A DNA stretch of 64,000 nucleotides from an uncultured Chloroflexia bacterium. Its GTDB lineage: Bacteria > Chloroflexota > Limnocylindria > QHBO01. The notes under the pieces were generated by a model. The model saw only the letters and a list, made by a program, of their open reading frames with translations. It did not search any database and was not told the DNA's origin. Location of the stretch: positions 596,633 through 660,632 of the forward strand of contig CAWAHY010000004.1 in NCBI GenBank assembly GCA_963782015.1. The letters are read 5' to 3'. Within the stretch, counting starts at the first letter, position 1, and each line of letters opens with the position of its first letter. Shown here one piece after another: positions 56,870 through 64,000 of this stretch. A program made the translations under genes and the position numbers.

Positions 56870-59396
56870 ATGGATGACAAGAACGCCGAGCCCACCGTAG
56901 AGCCCATCGTCGAGCCCGAGGTCGAGCAGATCCAGGTGCTCCCGCTGGTCGCCCTGCGCGACACGGTGATCTTCCCCGAGATGATCGTCCCGCTGCAGGT
57001 CGGTCGCGACCGCAGCGTCAAGGCGCTCGACCGCGCGGTGCGCACCTCGCAGCCGGTGGCGCTCATCACGCAGCGCAGCAACGAGACCGAGGAGGTCAAC
57101 TCGGTCGACGAGCTGTACTCGATCGGGACGCTGGCCAAGATCGCCCAGGTGATCCGGCTGCAGGACGGCACCATCCGCGCCATCGTCCAGGGGCAGCGGC
57201 GCATCCGCCTGCTCGACCTGGTGCAGACCGAGCCGCACCTCGAGGCGCGCGATCGAGCTGATCGACGAGAGCCACGAGAAGAGCCTCGAGATCGAGGCCC
57301 TGATGGCATCCATCCAGGGGCAGATCGAGCAGTACGTCAGCTCGGGCGCATCGGTCCCGCCGGAGGTCGCCGTCGCCGCCCGCAACATCACCGATGGCGG
57401 ACTGCTGGCCGACATGGCGGCCTACAGCCCCGACATGAGCACGGAGCTGCGCCAGCAGCTGCTCGAGACGATCGACGTCGCCGAGCGGCTGCGCATCGTC
57501 GGCCAGTTCCTGGCCAAGCAGATCGAGGTCCTCGAGCTGAAGGGCAGGATCCAGAGCGAGGTCAAGTCCGAGATGGACAAGACCCAGCGCGAGTACATCC
57601 TGCGCGAGCAGCTCAAGGCGATCCAGAAGGAGCTTGGCGAGGACGACCCCGCCGTCGCCGAGGCCGGTGAGCTGAAGCGCAAGGTCGAGGAGTCGGCCAT
57701 GCCCGACGAGGTCAAGGAGAAGGCGCTCAAGGAGGTCGACCGCCTCAGCCGGATCCCCAGCGCCTCGCCCGAGCAGGGCGTCATCCGCACCTACGTCGAC
57801 TGGCTGGTGAGCCTGCCGTGGGGCGTCCAGACCGATGACAACCTCGACCTCGACGAGTCGGAGAAGGTCCTCAACGAGGACCACTACGGCCTGGAGAAGC
57901 CCAAGGAGCGGATCCTGGAGTACATGGCGGTGCGCAAGCTCGCCGAGAAGATCCGCTCGCCGATCCTGCTCTTCGTCGGCCCGCCCGGCGTCGGCAAGAC
58001 GAGCCTGGGCAAGAGCATCGCCCGGGCGATGGGCCGCAAGTTCGTGCGGATGAGCCTCGGCGGCATCCACGACGAGGCGGAGATCCGCGGGCACCGGCGC
58101 ACCTACATCGGGGCGCTGCCGGGGCGGATCATCCAGAGCATCAAGACGGCCGGATCGGCCAACCCGGTCTTCATGCTCGACGAGATCGACAAGGTCGGCA
58201 TGGACTTCCGTGGCGACCCGTCATCGGCGCTGCTGGAGGTGCTCGACCCCGAGCAGAACAACTCCTTCCAGGACAACTACCTGGAGGTGCCGTTCGACCT
58301 GTCGCGCGTCCTCTTCATCGCCACCGCCAACATGGTCGACACCATCCCGCCCGCCCTGCGCGACCGGATGGAGATGATCCAGCTGCCCGGCTACACGCAG
58401 CTCGAGCGGCTGCGCATCGCGCAGCGGTTCCTGATGCCGAAGCAGCTCGAGAACCACGGCCTCACTGCCGAGCAGCTCGAGATCAGCGAGCCGGCCCTCG
58501 TGCGACTGATCCAGGCCTTCACCCACGAGGCGGGCGTCCGCAACCTCGAGCGGGAGATCGCCAACGTGGCGCGCAAGGTCGCCCGCAAGGTCGCGGCCGA
58601 CGCATCGGTCAAGATCGTGGTCAAGCCCGAGGCGCTGGAGGATTACCTGGGCCCGGCCCGCTTCGACTACGGGGAGCTGGACGCGGAGGACCAGGTCGGG
58701 ATGGCGACCGGGCTGGTGGTCAGCGACGCGGGCGGCGACATCGTCCAGGTCGAGGCCACCAAGATGGACGGCAAGGACGAGTTCATCCTGACCGGCCAGC
58801 TGGGCGACGTGATGAAGGAGTCGGCGCGCGCCGGCATGTCCTACATCCGGGCCCGGACCAAGGAGCTCGGGATCGACCCGTCCGTCTTCGAGAAGCAGAC
58901 CCTGCACATCCACGTGCCGGCCGGGGCGACGCCCAAGGACGGCCCGTCGGCGGGGGTCACGATGGCCACCGCCATGGCCTCGCTGCTCACCGGGCGACCG
59001 GTGCGCCGCGACCTGGCGATGACCGGAGAGATCACGCTGCGCGGCCGCGTGCTGCCGATCGGCGGGCTGAAGAGCAAGCTGCTGGCGGCCCACCTGGCCG
59101 GCGTCAAGACGGTGCTCATCCCGAAGCGAAACGAGAAGGACCTGATCGACGTGCCGGAGGAGGTCCGCAGCCAGCTGCGGCTGATCCCGGTCGAGACGAT
59201 GGACCAGGTGCTGGCCGAGGCGCTGATCGATGCGCCCCGGCCCGCCGCCCGGATCAAGGCGGAGCGCGCTGCCCGACAGCAGCGGGTCACGCCGCGGGCA
59301 GCGCGTCCACCGCGACGGAAAGGTCCGGCGACGGAGGTACCCGTCCCGGCCAAGCCGGAGATCCCCGTCGAGCAGCCGCCGGCGGGGGGCGTCTGA
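56870..59396 (+). pseudogene. lon: ATP-dependent Lon protease; one frame disruption as sequenced
   Basis: The N-domain is in ORF 56870..57670 (LPLVALRDTVIFPEMIVPLQVGR). The rest is in ORF 57303..59396: Walker [17 protein letters not shown], and protease motif [13 protein letters not shown]. The junction is near 57251 (cgc[g]atc). Confidence 0.9.
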
Positions 59397-59422
59397 CCGG
59401 GCGACCCTGAAGGGGGCGGTCC

Positions 59423-60417
59423 ATGGAGTACAAGGACTACTACGCGGTCCTTGGCGTGCCCAGGACGGCGAGCCCGGCCGAGATCAAGAAGGCCTATCGC
59501 CGCCTGGCGCGGGAGCTGCACCCGGACAAGAACCCCGGTGACGCCAAGGCCGAGCGGCGCTTCAAGGAGGCCAACGAGGCCAACGCCGTCCTCTCCGACC
59601 CGGGAAAGCGGCGCCAGTACGACGAGCTCGGGGCGAACTGGCAGGCGCATGACGGCGCCGGCTTCCCCGGCGGAGCCGCCGACTGGGCGGGCACTCGGAG
59701 GCAGCTCCCGGCGGCATGCGCTGGGAGACGCGGCAGGTCAATGCCGAGGACCTGGGCGGCTTCAGCGATTTCTTCCGCGCCTTCTTCAGTGGCGGTGGCT
59801 CGCCCGCAGGAGGTCGTGGCAATCCGGGCCAGTTCGAGCAGATATTCGATTTCGACAGCCTCGGCGCGGGCACGTCTCGCGCTGCCAGCCGGCCGGCAGA
59901 GGCGCATGCCACCGCCGAGGTGACGCTGGCCGAGGTGGCCCGCGGGGCCGAGCGGATGGTGGGGGTGGACGGCCGGCGGCTCCAGGTCGCGATCCCGGCG
60001 GGCGTGGCCGACGGGGCCAGGATCCGCCTCCGCGGTGCCCTGAAGGGAGCGGACGGCACGGGCGACGTCGTGATCACGGTCCGTGTCCTGCCGGATCCCC
60101 ACTTCGAGCGCCATGGCGCCGACCTGCTCACGGAGGTGCCGCTCAGCCTGGCGGAGGCGCTCCTCGGCGCCGAGGTGCCGGTGCCCACCCCGACCGGCAG
60201 CGTGAAGCTGCGGGTCCGTCCGAACACCCAGAACGGACAGGAGATCCACATGGCGGGCCGCGGCCTGCCGAAGCGAGGTGCAGCGGGGCGCGGCGCTCTC
60301 GTGGTTCGCATCAGGGTGGTGCTGCCGACACTCGACGAGCAGGCTCGAGACGAGCTGGCCGCGGTGCTCGGGAAGCACCCGCAGGCCGATCCCCGCGGCA
60401 GCGGGAAGGTGCAGTAG
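59423..60417 (+). pseudogene. cbpA: J-domain co-chaperone without a zinc finger (CbpA/DnaJ class II-like); frame disruption as sequenced
   Basis: The J domain is in ORF 59423..59923 ([36 protein letters not shown]). The G/F region and C-terminal domains are in ORF 59716..60417 ([13 protein letters not shown]..., no CxxCxGxG repeats). The junction is near 59685-59700 and behaves as a net -1 or two +1 shifts. Confidence 0.8.
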
Positions 60418-60450
60418 GCGCCGACCGCGTTCAGGTCGCCGGAGCATATA

Positions 60451-60470
60451 TTGACAACGGTCGATATAAT
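60451..60470 (+). promoter_or_regulatory. arsR promoter/operator region: TATAAT 6 nt upstream of the GTG, embedded in an imperfect palindrome
   Basis: TATAAT at 60465-60470 and GTG at 60477. ATATTGAC-aacg-GTCGATAT is a 7/8 inverted repeat. TTGACA at 60451-60456 is too close to serve as the -35 of this -10. Confidence 0.45.
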
Positions 60471-60476
60471 GGGCAG

Positions 60477-60800
60477 GTGAAGAACACCGATCCGGACGTC
60501 GAGCTCCTCCAGGCGATCGCCGACCCTGTTCGGCTCTCGATCCTGCGCCAGCTCGCCACATCCCCCGGGTCCGTCTGCGCCTGCGACTTCACCGAGTGCT
60601 GCACCGTCAGCCAGCCGACCGTCAGCCACCATCTGCGGGTGCTGCGCGAGGCCGGCGTCGTCACCACCGAGCGACGCGGCACCTACATCTACTACGACCT
60701 CGCCCCCGATTTCGCCCGTCGCTGGGCCGGCATCGGCGCCAGCCTGGCCGGACTCGTCCCGCTCGCATCGAGCCAAGCGACCCAAGGAGACCTGAGATGA
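60477..60800 (+). CDS. arsR: ArsR/SmtB family metalloregulator
   Basis: GTG 60477 in the frame of ORF 59451..60800. Motifs: LLQAIADPVRLSILRQL, the Cys motif SVCACDF, and the HTH VSQPTVSHHLRVLREAGVV. Confidence 0.8.
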   Translation: MKNTDPDVELLQAIADPVRLSILRQLATSPGSVCACDFTECCTVSQPTVSHHLRVLREAGVVTTERRGTYIYYDLAPDFARRWAGIGASLAGLVPLASSQATQGDLR

Positions 60801-61543
60801 CCGAACAGATTCACGAAACGGTGCGTGAGCACTACGCCCAGTCGGCGCTCCAGGTGCTGGAGCGCGGCCAGGCCGCGGAGTGCTGCGACGACGCCTGCTG
60901 CACCGACGGCAGCGTTGGGCCGGACCTCTACTCCGCCCTCGAGCGCGACGAGCTGCCGAGCGCGGCGGTGATGGCGTCGCTCGGCTGCGGCAACCCGATC
61001 GCCGTGGCCGACCTGCATCCCGGCGAGCGCGTGCTCGACCTGGGGTCGGGCGGCGGGATCGACGTCCTCCTCTCCGCTCGGCGGGTCGGGCCCACCGGCC
61101 GCGCCTTCGGACTGGACATGACCGACGAGATGCTGACCCTCGCCCAGCGCAACGCCGCGGAGGCCGGAGCGACCAACGTCGAGTTCCTCAAGGGCCAGAT
61201 CGAGGCCATCCCGCTGCCGGCGCAGAGCGTCGACGTGGTGATCAGCAACTGCGTCGTGAACCTGGCCGCCGACAAGCCATCGGTCTTTCGCGAGATCGCC
61301 CGGGTCCTGCGCCCGGGCGGGCGGATCGGGATCACCGACATCGTGGCAGAGGACACGCTGACCGCCGAGCAGCGGGCCGAGCGGGGCAACTACGTGGGCT
61401 GCATCGCCGGGGCGCTGTCGTTCTCCGAGTTCGAGACGGGGCTGCGCGACGTCGGCCTGACCGATGTCTCGGTCACCTCGACCCACCTGGTCGCCGACGG
61501 AATGCACTCGGCCATCATCCGCGCCAGCAAGGCGGCCGGCTGA
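60797..61543 (+). CDS. arsM: arsenite S-adenosylmethionine methyltransferase (ArsM-like)
   Basis: ATG 60797 (ATGA overlap with the arsR stop, AAGGAGA upstream) in the frame of ORF 60596..61543. It has N-terminal Cys pairs (AECCDDACC), the SAM motif VLDLGSGGGID, and VISNCVVNL. Confidence 0.8.
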   Translation: MTEQIHETVREHYAQSALQVLERGQAAECCDDACCTDGSVGPDLYSALERDELPSAAVMASLGCGNPIAVADLHPGERVLDLGSGGGIDVLLSARRVGPTGRAFGLDMTDEMLTLAQRNAAEAGATNVEFLKGQIEAIPLPAQSVDVVISNCVVNLAADKPSVFREIARVLRPGGRIGITDIVAEDTLTAEQRAERGNYVGCIAGALSFSEFETGLRDVGLTDVSVTSTHLVADGMHSAIIRASKAAG

Positions 61544-61548
61544 GGAGG

Positions 61549-61965
61549 CTACCGGTGTCGGCGGCGGCGACCGGCGGGGGTGGGCTTGGGGCGCTGCCGC
61601 ACCTCGCGGCGCGGTGGCGGGACGAAGCGGCGGCGCCGGATCTCGACGTTGGCGGCCTCGATGATCGGCGGGAACTTCACGAAGGCGGCATAGGCCGCGA
61701 CCGCCATCCCCGGGACCACGATCAGGAGCAGCAGGGCCAGCGGGACGTGGATCACGACCAGCAGCGGAACCAGCGCCCAGGGCACCAGGATCGACCAGAA
61801 GATCCACTCGTGGAGTGACAGGATGGCGGGGTAGCGGGCGTACGTGCGCTGCGCCGCGTTGTAGACGACCACCGCCCCGATGACGATCACGAACGCCCCG
61901 ATCCACATCAGGGTGAACAGGTCGCCGAAGGTGAGCGGGGTGAAGGGGTCGAAGAGCCTGCCCAT
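61549..61965 (-). CDS. hypothetical membrane protein
   Basis: ORF 61549..61965 has three or four TM helices and a basic C-terminal tail. Confidence 0.5.
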   Translation of the reverse strand: MGRLFDPFTPLTFGDLFTLMWIGAFVIVIGAVVVYNAAQRTYARYPAILSLHEWIFWSILVPWALVPLLVVIHVPLALLLLIVVPGMAVAAYAAFVKFPPIIEAANVEIRRRRFVPPPRREVRQRPKPTPAGRRRRHR

Positions 61966-62009
61966 CGGTCGCGGAGTCTAGCAGGCACCAGACCGATGCA
62001 GAATCAGCC

Positions 62010-63049
62010 TCAGGGGTGGACGCCGATCAGCTCCGCCAGCCACAGCTCGGACCCGCCGGTGCTGCCGACCAGCGACTCGACCAGCAGCCGCAGGCCGTCA
62101 CGCCCCGCGGCGAGGGCGATGGTGTGGATCCCCTCGCTCCCCGGAACGTCCGGTCGGTCGAGGAGGGGCGTCGGGGCGGCACACGTCCACGTCACGCCGT
62201 CGGCGCTGGTCGAGAGGCCGATCGCCGCGTCGTTGCGCTCGAGCCCGTTGCCCGAGTAGAGGAGCAGGAATCCACCCGGGTCGGAGTAGAAGAGCCGCGG
62301 CTGGGTCACCGAGCGGTTGTCGTAGTCGCCGCAGTGCCCCGGGTCGATGATCGGGTCCGGCCGCTTGGTCCAGGTGATGCCGTCTTCCGAGGTGGCGAGG
62401 CCGATGTGCGCCGTGTTCCGATCCGCCAGGTTCGCGCCGACGAAGGCCATCAGGTAGCCGTCCTCGGTCCGCGTCACGCTCGGGAAGTCGACGCCCAGGC
62501 TGTCCCACCCGTCCGCGTCGCCGCGCAGGACGGGCTCCGGATCGGCGACCCACGGGCCGGCCGGGTTGGTGGCGGTGGCGCGCCAGATGCTCGAGCGGAA
62601 GCCGCTTGGGTCGGTCACGCCCCACAGGTACATGGTCCAGGTGCCGTCGAGCTGGTCAAACACACTGGTCGGGATCGGCCCCGGCGGAAAGAGGTCGAGG
62701 CCGAGCTCCGCCAGCGGGTCCGCCTCCGCGATCGTCCACACCACTCCATCGGGCGAGCTGGCGTAGTACGGCCGCTGGTCGCCGCGCTGCGCGCCGAAGC
62801 CAACCAGGAAGGCGTGGTAGGTCGTGTTGTCCATGACGAAGGCAGCGGGCAGGATCGCGTCCTTGCCGTCGAAGCGGCCGGCGTCGAGCACCGGACCGCT
62901 CCCGATCAGCCGGACCGCGCGCCGGGACTGGTCGACGCCGGAGCCGATGGCGAGGCGGACGCGCTCGGTGAGTCGGAGGGGATGTCGGTCGGCGCCGTGG
63001 AGCAGCCGGCCAGCACCAGTATCGCAACCACCCAGCCTCGAGCTCGCAC
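62010..63049 (-). pseudogene. lipoprotein with BNR/Asp-box beta-propeller (glycosyl-hydrolase-like, family uncertain); N-terminal frame disruption as sequenced
   Basis: The body is in ORF 62010..63062, with three Asp-box-like motifs (SPDGVVWT, SEDGITWT, SADGVTWT). A convincing start (GAGGAG, 5 nt, GTG 63049) and lipoprotein signal VRARGWVVAILVLAGCSTAP are readable only in another frame. The junction or junctions lie about 62890-62960. Confidence 0.55.
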
Positions 63050-63204
63050 CCGGTCTCCTCACGCTGCAGAGGCGGTCACCTCGTCAATCAGTAGCCCGGG
63101 GGCGAGGCGATGGTTCAGGCGCCGCCGCTATACTGACGCCTCGAGGCAGGAGGGCCGCCCACAGCGCCTCGACCATCTCGCAACGTCCAGTTCGAGGTCG
63201 CCCG

Positions 63205-64000
63205 TTGCGCGCAATCCTCTCCGTCTCGGATCGCGAAGGGATCGTCGAGCTGGCGAAGGGCCTGACCGAGGCCGGTGTCGAGTGCTACGCCACCGACGGC
63301 ACCCGAGCCCACCTCGCGGAGGCCGGCGTCGCCGTCAAGGCGGTCTCAGACCTGACCGATGCGCCCGAGATCCTGGGCGGTCGCGTCAAGACGCTTCACC
63401 CCAAGATCTTCGCCGGGCTGCTGGCTCGCCGCGACCAGCCGGACCACCTTGCGCAGCTCGCCGAGCACGGCATCGAGCAGCTCGACATGGTGGTGGTCAA
63501 CCTCTATCCGTTCGGCCAGACGGTGATGGAGCCGGGCACCACCCTGGACCAGGCGCTCGAGAAGATCGACATCGGCGGGGTCGCGCTGCTGCGAGCCGCC
63601 GCCAAGAACTTCCCCGGCGTCGCCGCGGTCTCCGACCCGACCCAGTACGCATCGGTCCTGCGCGACATTCGGACGCACGGGACGGTCAGCCCCGAGACGC
63701 GCCAGAAGCTCGCCGCGGAGGCGTTCGCGCTGACCGCCGCGTACGACGCCCAGATCGCGTCCTACCTCAACAGCCAGGCCGGCACCCTCTTCCCCAGCCG
63801 CCTGACCCTCGTCGTCGAGAAGAAGGCCGACCTGCGCTACGGCGAGAACCCCCACCAGCTGGGCGCCTTCTACGCCGATCCCTCCCAGCACCGCACCTCG
63901 ATCAGCCGGGCGCGGCAGATCGCCGGCAAGGACCTCTCGTTCAACAACCTGCTCGACCTCGACGCCGCCTGGCAGATCGCCAGCGACTTCAAGACGCCCA
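63205..64000 (+). CDS. purH: bifunctional IMP cyclohydrolase / AICAR transformylase PurH, 5' part (runs off the window end)
   Basis: This gene is not in the ORF track because there is no stop before the window edge. TTG 63205 (GAGG 6 nt upstream) gives MRAILSVSDREGIVELAKGLTEAGVECYATDGTRAHL...GGRVKTLHPKIFAGLLARR...VVVNLYPF...IDIGGVALLRAAAKN, a textbook PurH N-terminus. ORFs 63115..63312 and 63346..63891 are antisense to it. Confidence 0.85.
   Translation, partial: MRAILSVSDREGIVELAKGLTEAGVECYATDGTRAHLAEAGVAVKAVSDLTDAPEILGGRVKTLHPKIFAGLLARRDQPDHLAQLAEHGIEQLDMVVVNLYPFGQTVMEPGTTLDQALEKIDIGGVALLRAAAKNFPGVAAVSDPTQYASVLRDIRTHGTVSPETRQKLAAEAFALTAAYDAQIASYLNSQAGTLFPSRLTLVVEKKADLRYGENPHQLGAFYADPSQHRTSISRARQIAGKDLSFNNLLDLDAAWQIASDFKTP

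Overview
Very GC-rich (about 70 percent by eye, not computed) bacterial chromosomal segment, densely coding on both strands. It carries housekeeping and catabolic genes only. I saw no rRNA, CRISPR array, transposase, integrase, phage genes or recognisable defence system. Left to right: (1) a leucine-catabolism cluster: carboxyltransferase, SseB-like ORF, enoyl-CoA hydratase, biotin carboxylase/BCCP, HMG-CoA lyase; (2) a nucleoside hydrolase followed by an ECF-type transporter (long S-like component, EcfT, two ATPases); (3) NUDIX, IMPase-family and DeoD-type PNP genes; (4) a split homogentisate/tyrosine pathway (hppD, FAH-family, hmgA) interleaved with a cupin-adenylate cyclase, DinB-like protein, PLP dehydratase, MFS transporter, HDAC-family amidohydrolase and VOC proteins; (5) sixA, NUDIX, Ada-Zn/MGMT, fabI, DinB, LOG; (6) tRNA-Asp(GTC) and tRNA-Arg(CCG); (7) alpha/beta hydrolase, cyclophilin lipoprotein, and a candidate about 150 nt structured RNA; (8) a cell-wall amidase with three C-terminal repeats, dGTPase-like HD protein, acylphosphatase, holB; (9) YtxH and an NYN-domain protein with a long Arg/Gly-rich tail; (10) livJHMGF-like ABC transporter; (11) hpt, rsmG, metallophosphoesterase; (12) a translationally coupled usp-trkA-trkA-moxR-DUF58-DUF4129 chain; (13) hspR-lon-cbpA; (14) arsR-arsM; (15) a BNR/Asp-box propeller lipoprotein; (16) the 5' part of purH. 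Two window-wide properties stand out. First, at least about two dozen single-base frame disruptions hit 19-20 otherwise well-conserved genes, nearly all behaving as one extra base. Many long ORFs in the supplied track are therefore chimeras, and I rebuilt gene models across the junctions; I type them pseudogene 'as sequenced' but suspect assembly error. Second, many genes look leaderless, with a TAnnnT box (often TATACT) 6-9 nt upstream of the start codon. Nothing here amounts to a clearly novel multi-gene system. The best leads are the orphan structured RNA at 32.8 kb, a DinB-like protein coupled to the FAH gene, an HTH fused to the biotin carboxylase, the hspR promoter/operator, the NYN-IDR protein and a 520 bp unexplained non-coding gap at 40.3-40.8 kb. 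All family assignments come from reading the translations by eye; no database search was run.
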